From a virus, in the IMG/VR virus record IMGVR_UViG_3300035670_000069, positions 1 through 64,000 of that record: a stretch of 64,000 nt of DNA, one strand, 5' to 3'. How positions within the stretch are numbered: position 1 is the stretch's first letter; each line of letters opens with the position of its first letter. Below, one piece after another: positions 38,401-47,957 of this stretch. Both the position numbers and the translations under genes were made by a program. A model generated the notes under the pieces. The model was not told the origin of the DNA. It did no database searches and worked only from the letters and a program-made list of their open reading frames with translations.

Positions 38401-39486
38401 GAAAGACTTGCTAAAATTAAAGCATTACAAGTTAGTATTAATGGGGTACTTTATACAAGAGATCAACTAAATGCTCTTATAACTGAAAAAGAAGATAAAA
38501 TTTATGAAATTCAAAATACAACATTAAAAGATGCAGAAAAAATAGTTGTAGAAAAACAAAATGAACTTAAGGTTTTAGAGGATATTCTTAGAACATATGA
38601 AGAAGATTTGTCTGCTGCAATTGCAAATATTAAAACAGAGTCTGGTTTGACAAAAACAGAATGGGAACTTATTAGAGATGCTGTAAATGCTACAAATGAT
38701 TATTTTGATACCATGGTTCTTGATTTGGATGCTATTGCTACAGGAACATTGAATATTGCATCAGCATGGGATGCTGTAACTGCTGCAATTAATGCTGCTA
38801 TTGCTGCTCAGGCTGCTTTTGCTGCAGGCGCAGGCGCAGGCGGAGGCGGAGGCGGAGGCGGTGGAGGCGGAGGCGGTGGAGGCGGAGGCGGCTCACAGGT
38901 TGTTATGACTAGTGTTGGGGGTACTGAATTTACTGCCGATCAAGTTAAAGATCAAATAAAAACTCTTACAGATTTAAGAGAAACAACAAAAGTTGGTACT
39001 GGAATTAACTTCTTGCTAAAAGAGAATATAGATGAATTAACTGATGCCTTAAAAAATCCAAAAACAGGACCAAATGTTGTTGATGAACAAACAAAACGTG
39101 CTGCCATGGCTGCAGCAACCGTAGCCTCAAATGCTTCTAAGCCTACATTCGGCGGTGGCGGTGGAAGGTATGGAATGCTATTTGAATCTAAGGGTGGATT
39201 TATTAAGCCTAAATATTTAGCAGCAGGAGGATTTGCAAGGGGATCCGACAAGATACCAGCAATGCTTACCCCTGGAGAATTTGTAATGAATAAATATGCT
39301 GTTCAATCTTATGGCCTAGATAAAATGAAGGCTATTAATTCTGGAGAATACAATGGCGACAGCATGTATAATTATAATCTAACGGTTAACGTAAAGTCTG
39401 ACGCTAATCCAAATGAAATTGCAAATACTGTCATGGGTCAACTACGACAGATTGAGTCTAAGAGATTGAGGAGGGATAAAATCTAA
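32425..39486 (+). CDS. Tape measure protein
   Basis: 2353 aa, helical and Ala-rich; TP901-type core; two D.VP.MLTPGE.V motifs; hydrophobic segments. Confidence 0.95.
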   Translation: MADVNANISVNIDTSAALSELKNLQRQISNFHNSIAKSSASAAIAQRNLQQGFVDSINSTGQFAARIQTIRTSAESFTNSLEKNKFSMREYFRYGIASSKMFGKVFKTEFDTINKVAIERTRKLQTQYIKMGRDANGAMKAIAVTPLALDMEDLATKTMIAAQKQQLFNQLLSQGSTNLINFGKNTQWAGRQLMVGFTLPLSVFGSTASKVFMDLEMEMIRFKRVYGDLFTIDEETDANMQSIRGLAQEFTRYGVTVQETLATAADAAAAGFSGTKLEATVRQATRLSVLGEVERQEAFKATIALQTAFKLNNNELADSINFLNAVENQSVVSLQNLTDAIPRVAPIIKGLGGDVRDLSVFLAAMQEGGVDAVSAANGLKSALASIINPTKVAKEMLNSAGIDIKNIVDRNVGNLMRTVLDLGDALKTLTPLARQKILEQLFGKFQFARVGALFENIAKEGSQAQRTMELMQMSAQDLAQLANKELAAIEESSATKFKAAVEELRAAIAPMGELFLEIVTPVLKAITSLVERFNNLSDNSKKTIGTIITILGGVAPIVLMLVGLFANFAGNLMKFFGILRNGYLKLTGQSKYLGEQTNYLTSEQMEAEAVASSLDQVHARLTQRFTSEAEALFALTNAYRQASEAARRFAINNPGMMNPQGPMRKYNKGVSIVPGSGNRDTVPTMLTPGESVIPADMTKKYGGLIQSMISDNIPGFKKGVAGVGTGATIGTVLGGTFQQRRFSPVAMMAPGNYAGGFGMDPEWLALNEEAKASFASALRTAAMAEAGIRQTKDNYQNFWSGLNPVLDGIFDIFAQGITPDVKNVADVGQSQYPLMINHIDQLESNLAISADVAEQLRNSLRKLVVPLESDLTQQDVRRAEIAVDDLGEAYVKRASYERSGTTLKPQVVRNFPRELEMRGLLPPTYEDYTFAHIPQAMSSEVTIPPYLRKKSGTGNPAELALMEQISSGAVIKEGYQIGVNLGKEYKAGVEKSGAQDIYLETRDRQSPHRLAPQDGKDDAIAYTSARDQELKRAASNYVQTDSGLLVPPGTPTGGGTTSGSSPVFLGMPGVRQKESLGQRMRGKYSALSDRMANTRASMQPMMNKFNGAAMALTSVGIAASMIPGPFGQIAQQAMPVIMGIQGLAMALPMLMTPMGAAVGIVAAVAAGFYLVNKAQKDYVKSVKENAEKEAKIRQGSADSVRSYSEFLGEGGTPSQRQFNRRGDTRFISAENAKLAKFREYYEGVGKESAEVIKFSATKGSAEALAATAQDIANRVSVFGLDPKDIAANIKAAAELSGVNELELKAKLQELLAPNGQDILTTPLTIEARIKFLSKSLTKDLKGIESQISSLTGTQVAGFGTRMLRSLGTAYLGTKDKTGDEQKAFEQDQKAMALIQNQLDVSFTKSSEALAMLNAQYVDGAINAKEYNAQHMAIMQSFDELSESTNSYLEKLKEIDPTGKYAADAMSDIADNVLAPFVKANKKVGGQIKEIITSLPTEVQTNVLVNLSRGSLTPTDILQMDLLLEQMQGKTVEQKYQFIADLPSLSKNLKAIMNLHIAYEELTAAERVKIQAMANWTIGQMITMEQARANNAYLNAKDKVDKLEARIKKMNRVTKDSPELDGTTDITEDGSGSDPYAFLDPLLSRLKQVRKESINAAGGVEYFVKLLSKDMKGFKGMDQMLRAAGATQGFIDIVNGLDSDQLKLFGDRLYKIKDGKIIFGDLGKAIQRFTKEVELGNFQDQMQQTIVDAENQYKAYVKLRAAGLSASKTLEILAEQGLAAAIAAESVDSVDFKNFIAGAKKSTEETKKLAKELKALRFEAEQEQETEADKIDDFFAYEEARIKLEKYRQFVEKQGMSPADFERNRIKPAEKAVEAAQDAVDAIQDQIDAEQEFIDQYNRGIELIGRQEDIINEEYDKRNEAIDQQINALDKVQQLNQNIAENQKRQTTLADALSTGDIAAAAQIAQEMRSASAQQSIEAQKAALEEQKNRLELERLAKIKALQVSINGVLYTRDQLNALITEKEDKIYEIQNTTLKDAEKIVVEKQNELKVLEDILRTYEEDLSAAIANIKTESGLTKTEWELIRDAVNATNDYFDTMVLDLDAIATGTLNIASAWDAVTAAINAAIAAQAAFAAGAGAGGGGGGGGGGGGGGGGGGSQVVMTSVGGTEFTADQVKDQIKTLTDLRETTKVGTGINFLLKENIDELTDALKNPKTGPNVVDEQTKRAAMAAATVASNASKPTFGGGGGRYGMLFESKGGFIKPKYLAAGGFARGSDKIPAMLTPGEFVMNKYAVQSYGLDKMKAINSGEYNGDSMYNYNLTVNVKSDANPNEIANTVMGQLRQIESKRLRRDKI
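38839..38892 (+). repeat. (GGCGGA/GGT) microsatellite encoding 18 Gly
   Basis: Read directly from the sequence. Confidence 0.9.
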
Positions 39487-40127
39487 TGTCAACAGCAGAT
39501 TATATGCTTGGTAGAAAGAAATATCAAAGGCCACAGGCCATGCTTTGGTCTGATAATTCTGGAACACTTGTTGATGGGTTATATGTTCCAAATGGTCTAG
39601 AGGTAGGCCAAGATGTTGGTTCAGAAACCGATGAATCTTTATATAATCAATTTTTAATATTATCTGACAACAATAGATCTCCTATTGATATTTCTCCAAC
39701 AAGAATTGAAAAAAGAGAACGAATGATTAATGGTCGTATGCGTTCATACCATATTGCTGACAAACTTACTATTAGTACATCATGGGAAATGCTACCATCT
39801 AGATCATATTATACTGTTCCAGAATTTAACGCAACAACTGGAATATCACCTCATGCTGGAGACAATAGCCTTGAATATACTACAGACGGAGGAGCAGGCG
39901 GAGTAGAGTTGTTAGATTGGTATGAAAATCATCAAGGTCCATTCTGGGTATATATGGCATATGATAAGTATTCTAATTTTGGAAAAGACTCAAATGCATA
40001 TGCACATTTATCTCAGTATAATCAATTGGTTCAAATGTATTTCGCTGATTTTAATTACTCCGTTGTAAAGCGAGGCGGTAGTAATTTCGACTTCTGGAAC
40101 ATATCAGTAACACTGGAAGAGGTATAA
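39486..40127 (+). CDS. Putative distal tail protein
   Basis: First gene after the TMP; RMINGRMRSYHIADK, WNISVTLEEV. Confidence 0.6.
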   Translation: MSTADYMLGRKKYQRPQAMLWSDNSGTLVDGLYVPNGLEVGQDVGSETDESLYNQFLILSDNNRSPIDISPTRIEKRERMINGRMRSYHIADKLTISTSWEMLPSRSYYTVPEFNATTGISPHAGDNSLEYTTDGGAGGVELLDWYENHQGPFWVYMAYDKYSNFGKDSNAYAHLSQYNQLVQMYFADFNYSVVKRGGSNFDFWNISVTLEEV

Positions 40128-43100
40128 TGTTTCAGAACGAAGATTTAAAATCTCATCTAGAATCATCTAGTACAGTAAAAACACAAGCAGCAATTATTGC
40201 TGAGTGGAATATGAATACTGCAGACAATATATTTAAAATAGGTAACTATAGATATAGGCCTACTGCTTCAAACAATACTGAAGACCCAGATTTTAAATAT
40301 AAGATTATTCCAAATACATTCGATGTAAATGATGTGGGAAATTTTTATACTGGAGCAACAGACTCAGATGTAAAAATAGACGGTGGAATAAATCCAGTAG
40401 ATAATGAGCAACCATGGTTTTTATTGTCACAAAACCAAAAAAACAAAATGCTTTATTCTTTAGAGGATTGTTTTAAGCGTTTTAGACCAAGGTCGGGAAT
40501 TAATAAGGCAGTTGCTATGCCAGGTAGAAAATTACATCACTCAAATCTAAATATGTCAAACAGACCACGATACTATATGGCAGATAAGAACGATAACTTC
40601 AAATATTGGACCTCATATAGAAAAGAGTCTGGAGAAGAAAGGGGCATAGCAAATATACCTCTTAATGGCCAACATTACATTAAAGATGCCTGCCCATTTG
40701 TTGTGTATGAAAACGAAGTCCCTGCTAACAGAGTTGTAATTAAAATGCAAACAAATGTTGGGTCTATTGATCTTGGCCCATTCTCAAATGCTTCTGGATC
40801 ATTTTCTGATCCTTTGTATGGAGATGAAAATAGAACCGTACCATCAAAATGGAAGATTCAACATTTAAAAGGCAATAACTGGGTTGATGTTATTAGTTTT
40901 AATTCTTCTTCACGCAGAAGTAACGGAACACAAATTATTAAAAATGATGGATATGTAGAATTGGCTTATGGGCTAAAGGTTCCAGACAAATATAAAGATA
41001 TTTTTATTAGAGCAGAAGAATATAATAATGAATCATTTTTACCAGAAAAAGCAATTAATGGATATGCTTATTTAATAAAAGAAAACGATAACGATCTTGG
41101 GGTTTATCATATTTGGGTAGATGGGACTTGGCAAACCTTTGTTCCAGAATATGGCTGGTATCTTGAAGAAGAAACAGTTACAAGATTAACTAACTTTGTA
41201 ACAGATTTAACAGACCCCATTAGTTTTACATCACCAACTGATGGAAGTAATATATTCAGAGAGTTTGAAAAAATCAGGGGAGTCAGGGTAGTTGTTGAAA
41301 CTATGAACAAAGTAAACTCTACTTTTGATCTAATAGAAATATCTCCAAGGCTAGTTGTTGATATATCAGAAAAGGCTGTATCTTTTAATGTACAAAAAAT
41401 AGCATCAGATCTTGGAACTAGTGGTTTGCCAGTTGGACAACTTTTGGCATCTATCGGAAGTCTTGATATTTTTGATTATGACGATGCGTTTAACGATAAT
41501 AATACTGGAAGCCTTGTAAATAATTACTTATCAAATAATATACAATTTAAGTTTTATGATGTTGTAGTAAATGTAGACGGATATGATTATTTGATTCCAT
41601 TAAAAACTTTATACTCTGAAGGTTTTCCACAATATACGCCAGGAGAAAGAAGGGTTACTCTTGAATTAAGAGATCTATATTTTTATTTTGAATCAATAAA
41701 GGCTCCAGAGATGCTGGTTACAAATGTATCATTGAGTTATGCTATATCACTTTTGCTAGACTCTGTAGGTTTTTCAAATTATACTTTCAAAAGAATTGAT
41801 CAAGAAAAAGAATTAATAATTCCATTTTTCTATATAGCACCAGATAAAACTGTGGCAGACATATTAAACGATTTAGCGGTATCAACACAAACTGCAATGT
41901 TTTTTGATGAGTATAATAATTTTGTAATGATGAGTAAAAACTACATGATGCCATCAAATGGCGAAAGAGATGTAGACTTTACGCTATACGGAACAAATGA
42001 CTTTGTGGATTCTGGTGTTATTGAAAATCAAAATGCAAATGTTAAACTTACAAACATTATAGACATTGCCTCTACAGACAAAAATATTTTTAACGACGGC
42101 AAAATCAATTATACAAATAGATATATTCAAAGATCATACGGCAGTTTAAAGCAAGCCACAATGATAGATAATGAGGCTGCTGCTAAAAACTGGATATATA
42201 AACCAGCACTGCTTTGGGAGATAACTGGAGATCAATCTCTTAGGTCTATAAATGAAGAAACGTCAACTCAGTCTAAATATAGTTTATCGGCTATACCATT
42301 AAATTCTGATATATCAGCAAATGTTCCGTCAGTTGTAAATAATCAACTAATAAACAACGTCATAGATTTGGGAGAGGCTGTTTATTGGCTTGGAAGACAT
42401 GCTGGATATTTTTATGCCAACGGAGAAATTATTAGGTTTGATGCTATTCAATACAATATTCCAGGAGCGGAAAAAACAATTATTAGAGAAGAATCAAATG
42501 GAACATCAACATTTACAACCGAAATATCTGGGGCAATTGGAAATGTATGGATAAGTAGTAATCAAGAGTACCAATATTATATGTCTAAACTTCCTTTTAA
42601 TGGAAAGATATATCCAACTGGACTAGTTAGAATTTATACAGAGCCAAAATATGAGGAGATTGATGGAATCACCATTATGAAAAATGGCGAGGTAGCACGA
42701 CATGGTCGTGGACAATTCTCTACTCCAGTATTAGAACACAAGGCTGGACTAAACAGTTATTGGTCTAATAACTCTTATATTCGAGGTATGGAGATGGAGT
42801 CTAAGCATATTTTTGGATTAATTGATGGAGATATCCTAGACAATACAGATATTGCTGAACTATCATTAACAACTAATGCAGCAGGAATAAGCAACACAAG
42901 AGCAAGAGAAAATGTAAGAACTGGTGTAATAAAAAACTTTTTGTCAACCTCATATACAAATGAAGTTCAGAATAATACCATAAAGTCAACACAGACTGGA
43001 TCAGTTCAGGCTTCTGCCCTTGTAATGAGTGGTCCGTCTTTTAGTACGACAGAAACTCCGATAGACTTTGTTTCATATCAGTATAAAGCGCTTGACAATA

Positions 43101-44536
43101 AGTTTAAGCATTTTGGAACTAGGATGAGAATTATTGGAAAGGTAGAGTCTAGCGAGACAAGAGGTCAAACTGCAATCAATGCAACGCCTTATTACGTTTT
43201 ATCTGGTTCACAACCCAATCAAAGTTTAAATATATCTGGAGGCTCTGGCGGAATTGCTGTGATGGTTAATCCAGATACAAACGTTGGTTATTACTTTGAA
43301 ATTATAGCCCTAACAGAAAGAAATGTTAGTGAATACTCTACAGAAGCAGACATACTTCATAATATAGTTTTTTATAAAATTTATGCTGACTCATCTGGAA
43401 ATGCCATACCAATAAAACTTTGGGGCGGATTGGGAAATATAATTGTTGACGACGGAAAGTTTACTGGACAATATAGATTTGTAGGAGAAGAGAATCCAAC
43501 AGTTTATGATCTTGCCGTTGAGTACCAAGACATAGGATCAACAAGAAGATTCTATCTTTATATAAATAACAAACTTATAGAGGTGGTAGATGATACCAGT
43601 CCATTACCAATCTATAATAATATGGCCCTGTTTGTTCGTGGCGGATCTAAGTGTATGTTTGAAAACGTTTATGCATTAACAAATAACTATAGTCAAAATA
43701 CTGTTTTTGCTTTAGATACTCCAGTAGCAGCAGCCTTTGGAGACGATGAAATTAATGCAAATGAATCGTTTAGAAAATATGCAATGAGTGGAGTTGTTCA
43801 GTCAACATATCTTGCGGGGTTAAGTACCAATCAGCCACCAAAATTTAATATGTATTTTGAAGAGTTTGGAACAATTATGAGAGAGGCTGCGTACTTAAAG
43901 GTAAGATATGACAAAGCCTATCCAGCATTATATGCACAGATATCTCCAACATTTAACAGAATAAAGGGCTATGTTGTTTCTGGATTTAGAGCAGGATCTT
44001 ACGGTGCAGAATTTTTAATATTTAATTCTACTGATACAACTCTTAATTTAGACGAAACGAGCGGTAACTATTTAAGAATTCAAGGAATTACATTTACACA
44101 ACAATCAACAAATGAGTTAAGTGTTGATAATTATTTTGCTAAAAATAGCAACTTTTCTGATCCAGAAATTAGCAAGAGCGGAATTATAATTTCTCCACTT
44201 AGGGCACAGAAGGATTATGATAAAATCAAAACAAGCAGACTGACTTACGGTAAAAAAGAATTTGTCATAGATCCACAATACATTCAAACAGAGGATGATG
44301 CAAAAGACCTAATGTCATGGATTATTCAAAAAGTAATGAGGCCAAGAAAAAATGTGGGTGTTTCAATATTTAGCACACCCATTATCCAGTTGGGAGACAT
44401 AGTAAATATTGTTTATAAAAATGAATTAGAGCAAAATGTTATAGCGCCAGAAACATCAAACTTTGTGGTATATAATATAGAATATTCTAGGGATATAGGT
44501 GGACCTAACATGACCCTATATTTGAGTGAGGTATAA
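40127..44536 (+). CDS. Large tail tip/baseplate hub protein
   Basis: 1469 aa; LNDLAVSTQTAMFFDEYNNF; P.IQLGDIV C-terminus; synteny. Confidence 0.7.
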   Translation: MFQNEDLKSHLESSSTVKTQAAIIAEWNMNTADNIFKIGNYRYRPTASNNTEDPDFKYKIIPNTFDVNDVGNFYTGATDSDVKIDGGINPVDNEQPWFLLSQNQKNKMLYSLEDCFKRFRPRSGINKAVAMPGRKLHHSNLNMSNRPRYYMADKNDNFKYWTSYRKESGEERGIANIPLNGQHYIKDACPFVVYENEVPANRVVIKMQTNVGSIDLGPFSNASGSFSDPLYGDENRTVPSKWKIQHLKGNNWVDVISFNSSSRRSNGTQIIKNDGYVELAYGLKVPDKYKDIFIRAEEYNNESFLPEKAINGYAYLIKENDNDLGVYHIWVDGTWQTFVPEYGWYLEEETVTRLTNFVTDLTDPISFTSPTDGSNIFREFEKIRGVRVVVETMNKVNSTFDLIEISPRLVVDISEKAVSFNVQKIASDLGTSGLPVGQLLASIGSLDIFDYDDAFNDNNTGSLVNNYLSNNIQFKFYDVVVNVDGYDYLIPLKTLYSEGFPQYTPGERRVTLELRDLYFYFESIKAPEMLVTNVSLSYAISLLLDSVGFSNYTFKRIDQEKELIIPFFYIAPDKTVADILNDLAVSTQTAMFFDEYNNFVMMSKNYMMPSNGERDVDFTLYGTNDFVDSGVIENQNANVKLTNIIDIASTDKNIFNDGKINYTNRYIQRSYGSLKQATMIDNEAAAKNWIYKPALLWEITGDQSLRSINEETSTQSKYSLSAIPLNSDISANVPSVVNNQLINNVIDLGEAVYWLGRHAGYFYANGEIIRFDAIQYNIPGAEKTIIREESNGTSTFTTEISGAIGNVWISSNQEYQYYMSKLPFNGKIYPTGLVRIYTEPKYEEIDGITIMKNGEVARHGRGQFSTPVLEHKAGLNSYWSNNSYIRGMEMESKHIFGLIDGDILDNTDIAELSLTTNAAGISNTRARENVRTGVIKNFLSTSYTNEVQNNTIKSTQTGSVQASALVMSGPSFSTTETPIDFVSYQYKALDNKFKHFGTRMRIIGKVESSETRGQTAINATPYYVLSGSQPNQSLNISGGSGGIAVMVNPDTNVGYYFEIIALTERNVSEYSTEADILHNIVFYKIYADSSGNAIPIKLWGGLGNIIVDDGKFTGQYRFVGEENPTVYDLAVEYQDIGSTRRFYLYINNKLIEVVDDTSPLPIYNNMALFVRGGSKCMFENVYALTNNYSQNTVFALDTPVAAAFGDDEINANESFRKYAMSGVVQSTYLAGLSTNQPPKFNMYFEEFGTIMREAAYLKVRYDKAYPALYAQISPTFNRIKGYVVSGFRAGSYGAEFLIFNSTDTTLNLDETSGNYLRIQGITFTQQSTNELSVDNYFAKNSNFSDPEISKSGIIISPLRAQKDYDKIKTSRLTYGKKEFVIDPQYIQTEDDAKDLMSWIIQKVMRPRKNVGVSIFSTPIIQLGDIVNIVYKNELEQNVIAPETSNFVVYNIEYSRDIGGPNMTLYLSEV

Positions 44537-44537
44537 A

Positions 44538-45041
44538 ATGGCAGAAGTAAATGCAACACCTAATCTACCAAGGCTAGTAATCCCAGAGTCCGTAGAAGTA
44601 AAAAATGTAAAGCCAGCAACCCCAGATGTAATTTTGTTTGATGATGAGTCTGTTCCAATTGAGGTAATGACTGACCTTATATTTGAAAATATTGGAGGGC
44701 AGGAATTAATAAATATCGTAAGATCAGATATAGTAAATGGACAAGATGTAATATATCAGCCAATCAAGAATTTAAGTAGTGTATATTTTCAGTATAACCC
44801 ACAAAATATATTAGGTCTTCAGGATATAGATTTTAATTATTTTAAAAAGTTTCCTATTAATTTTGCAAACAAGGTGCCAGAATGCGGAACTGGGCCAGAC
44901 TGTTCTATAGTATATATTGACTCAGAAACGGGTAATTTGATAATAAATGTAGTGAATATGGCAAACGACGAACAGGTAGAGGTTTCAATAATAGCAGACG
45001 GGGCAGTGTTAGATGATACAATATACGAGGTGAATTTATGA
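44538..45041 (+). CDS. Hypothetical tail-module protein
   Basis: ATG after GAGGT RBS; synteny. Confidence 0.55.
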   Translation: MAEVNATPNLPRLVIPESVEVKNVKPATPDVILFDDESVPIEVMTDLIFENIGGQELINIVRSDIVNGQDVIYQPIKNLSSVYFQYNPQNILGLQDIDFNYFKKFPINFANKVPECGTGPDCSIVYIDSETGNLIINVVNMANDEQVEVSIIADGAVLDDTIYEVNL

Positions 45042-46156
45042 TAACTAATACAGGCAAAAGCATATTGGCAAAGTACTTAATTGGTCAGGCACCAGCATAT
45101 GCCTCATATGTTGCCGTAGGCTGTGGAGCAAAACCTTTAGCAACAAATGAAGAATTTGGAGACTATTCTGATAAAGAAACTTTAGATTTTGAAATGTTTC
45201 GAGTGCCAATTACATCTAGAGGATATGTAAATGATGCTGGAGTAAATAAAATTGTTTTAACTGCAGAGTTGCCAACAGATGAAAGGTATGAGATTTCTGA
45301 AGTAGGTATTTATTCTGCGGGAGCAAACCCATCTGCTGGAGCATACGATAGCCGTTCTCTGTTTGCCTTTACTGTAAATGAAAATTGGGAATATCACACG
45401 GAGGATACAGCAGTTGCCCTTCCAATCATATACGAACCATTGGACGGTGTTTTAGAGGATGGAAATATAAACCAAACAGATTTAGTATTTCAAACAAATT
45501 CAGACAATAGATTATTTACTAATACAGATAGAATTGCAAGATACGAACGTGCTAGATTTTTTAATAACATTGTAATGATGCGAGGAGATACATCAGAACT
45601 TAATGTATCTGGTGATCATTTAGAAATAGGAACAAATACAAACCACATTCATCTGCTTGGAACTGGATTAGACTTTAATAAAAATGCTCCAACAGATCAA
45701 ATGAAGTTAGCATTTAATATTATAAATAAAGATCCAGACCCCTCAATAGTTCCTGACGAAGTAAGAATTTTGTTAGAATTTGCAGAAAGTGATTCTCCAG
45801 GAACTGGGGAGTGGGCAAGGTTTGAAGTTATTATGGCAGCAGAAGATTATGATTTTGCTAATAATAGATATTATGTAATAACAAAAGAACTTCAAGAATT
45901 GTATAAAAGCACAGGCTTTACCTGGAACAATGTAAGTATTATAAAAATATACACAACAATAATTAATGGCGGTGTGGCCTCAGAGGATTTTTATATTGGG
46001 CTAGATGCAATTAGATTTGAAAATGTTTCTACAACAAATCCAGTATATGGATTAACTGGATATACAGTATTAAAAAATACAAATGCAGAAACTATTGTTA
46101 AGGCAGCAAATACAACAAACTATATAGAGTTTAGATTTGCGATGGATGTGCAATAG
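45038..46156 (+). CDS. Minor tail protein
   Basis: MITNTGK.ILAKYL...YVAVGCG...LDFEMFRVPI...ISEVGIYS, a fibre-collar-like N-terminus. Confidence 0.6.
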   Translation: MITNTGKSILAKYLIGQAPAYASYVAVGCGAKPLATNEEFGDYSDKETLDFEMFRVPITSRGYVNDAGVNKIVLTAELPTDERYEISEVGIYSAGANPSAGAYDSRSLFAFTVNENWEYHTEDTAVALPIIYEPLDGVLEDGNINQTDLVFQTNSDNRLFTNTDRIARYERARFFNNIVMMRGDTSELNVSGDHLEIGTNTNHIHLLGTGLDFNKNAPTDQMKLAFNIINKDPDPSIVPDEVRILLEFAESDSPGTGEWARFEVIMAAEDYDFANNRYYVITKELQELYKSTGFTWNNVSIIKIYTTIINGGVASEDFYIGLDAIRFENVSTTNPVYGLTGYTVLKNTNAETIVKAANTTNYIEFRFAMDVQ

Positions 46157-46596
46157 TGGCAACACCAGATCGTGGAATAAAAAAAATAATTATTCCTAAG
46201 TCTAGCCTACCTGGATTTTTTGGGGAAAATAAGCAATATATTTTGAGATATAGATTTGTGTCAGAAGATAAAAATAGGACCTCACATTGGTCTCCTGTTT
46301 ATAAGATTATTGCCGAAGATACTCCAACAGAAATTTTAAATAGTATTATTATAGATACTTCTAATAGAGTTGTTAATTTAGCGTGGGAGCCACAAGAAAA
46401 TTTACAGGAATACTTTATTTATGTACAGTGGAATAGCGGAGATTGGCAATATTATGCAAAAACATCTCAAACAAATTACTCTATAGTTTATGGAGTAGAT
46501 AAAGAATACATAAATGTTGCAGTCCAAACAAACACTATCCCGCTTGAAAGATTTTCAAATGCTACATTATTTGAAAATGAGGGAAGTCTGATATAA
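46156..46596 (+). CDS. Hypothetical tail-module protein (FN3-like)
   Basis: YILRYRFVSEDKNRTSHWSP, VNLAWE. Confidence 0.5.
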   Translation: MATPDRGIKKIIIPKSSLPGFFGENKQYILRYRFVSEDKNRTSHWSPVYKIIAEDTPTEILNSIIIDTSNRVVNLAWEPQENLQEYFIYVQWNSGDWQYYAKTSQTNYSIVYGVDKEYINVAVQTNTIPLERFSNATLFENEGSLI

Positions 46597-46612
46597 TTAG
46601 ACAGGAGGAATT

Positions 46613-47056
46613 ATGGCAAAAATACCATTACCAGAACTAGGTCAACCAATAGATGTTTCTTATATCTATCAAATAGTAAACGCTATTAATGAGGTGTCTG
46701 TGCAGGTTTCTCCAGCCATCTATAAGTATGTTACAGTTGACGTCCCTAATGGCGTACAACAAAGCGCAAAGGCCTCAGAGACCCGTTTTATAGGCGGGTA
46801 TGTAGATGTAGTCAAAAGTTCGAACCAAAGCGTAGGAAGCCAACAAGCATTTACCTATAATTTTCCAGCAGATTTTAAGTTTGTTCCAATAGTAACTGCA
46901 ACCCCAGTTAATATCGGCGGAACAGAGGCTGGTAAAAATGTTTCAGTTGTATTGAAATCAGTAACGACATCAAAGGTAGATGGAGTGGTAAACTTTAATT
47001 CTGGCGGAGATGTTTCAATCGGCGTTAATATAATTATCGTCGGCATACCTAATTAA
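46613..47056 (+). CDS. Small fibre/H-type-lectin-like tail protein
   Basis: FTYNFPADFKFVPIVTATP...VTTS...VNIIIVG. Confidence 0.5.
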   Translation: MAKIPLPELGQPIDVSYIYQIVNAINEVSVQVSPAIYKYVTVDVPNGVQQSAKASETRFIGGYVDVVKSSNQSVGSQQAFTYNFPADFKFVPIVTATPVNIGGTEAGKNVSVVLKSVTTSKVDGVVNFNSGGDVSIGVNIIIVGIPN

Positions 47057-47247
47057 TGATCAAGTGCAAAAAATGCAAAAGAAATATGATGGTAGACAGG
47101 GTTTATACATCGATATCTCATTTAGAAATTTATTGTTTGACTTGTGGCTCAAGGAGGTTTTTTCATCCACCCTCAGATTCGGAGGAAGGTAGATGGCTAC
47201 TCGTAAAGGAAATAAAACGATCGAAGAGTACAACAGCGCCCCTGTAA
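47056..47247 (+). CDS. Zinc-ribbon protein
   Basis: CKKC...CLTCG. Confidence 0.65.
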   Translation: MIKCKKCKRNMMVDRVYTSISHLEIYCLTCGSRRFFHPPSDSEEGRWLLVKEIKRSKSTTAPL

Positions 47248-47735
47248 TTCCTGGTAATAAAAAAGTTTGGTTTTTGAACGGGGACTTAGTAAGAGTTCAT
47301 CATTTAAATAAATCTAATGGAATTATGTCTGTATATAATATTACAAAAGATCAGATTGAAAGTTGTTTAATAAACGATTTTAAAAATAAAAGAGAAAGAG
47401 CATACACTGTTGGAGAAACAGCAGACCTTGTTAACAGACATAAAAAATATATGCCATCATTAATGAAACGTGGAATTATACCATTTCCAACGGGATCACA
47501 AAAGGGCGGAGCAAGAGGTTGGCAAGTTAGATCTTATTATTCTGAGTCGCAAGTAAAAGACATACGTGATATACTGGCAACGTACCATATTGGTAGGCCA
47601 CGCAAAGATAAGTTAATAACAAATGATATAACGCCTACAAAGGCTGAGTTGACACGAAGAATGGGCGATGGTATACTTACATATACGAGAACTGAAGATG
47701 GTAGATTTATACCGATTTGGTCAGAATCAATTTAG
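47193..47735 (+). CDS. Putative DNA-binding protein (MerR/Xis-like HTH plus AT-hook-like GRPRK)
   Basis: AYTVGETADLVNRH...RGIIP...RSYYSESQV; IGRPRK. Confidence 0.6.
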   Translation: MATRKGNKTIEEYNSAPVIPGNKKVWFLNGDLVRVHHLNKSNGIMSVYNITKDQIESCLINDFKNKRERAYTVGETADLVNRHKKYMPSLMKRGIIPFPTGSQKGGARGWQVRSYYSESQVKDIRDILATYHIGRPRKDKLITNDITPTKAELTRRMGDGILTYTRTEDGRFIPIWSESI

Positions 47736-47749
47736 CAGAAGGGTATGAA

Positions 47750-47956
47750 ATGGAAGATACAAAAGTATCTGTAACACTTGGATATACACTTAATCTTGGA
47801 AACTTTCAATCGCTTAGATTAGATCTAGGCGTAACAGATTCAAAGCGTGATGGAGAAAATACAGATCAGGCCTTTGAACGTGTATACAAGTTTGTTGAAG
47901 AAAAACTAACTAACAAAATCACAGAAGCCAAAGCGGAACTAGAAGAAAGCGAATAG
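47750..47956 (+). CDS. Small phage protein of unknown function
   Basis: KVSVTLGYTLNLGNFQSLRLDLG; start moved to ATG 47750. Confidence 0.6.
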   Translation: MEDTKVSVTLGYTLNLGNFQSLRLDLGVTDSKRDGENTDQAFERVYKFVEEKLTNKITEAKAELEESE

Positions 47957-47957
47957 T

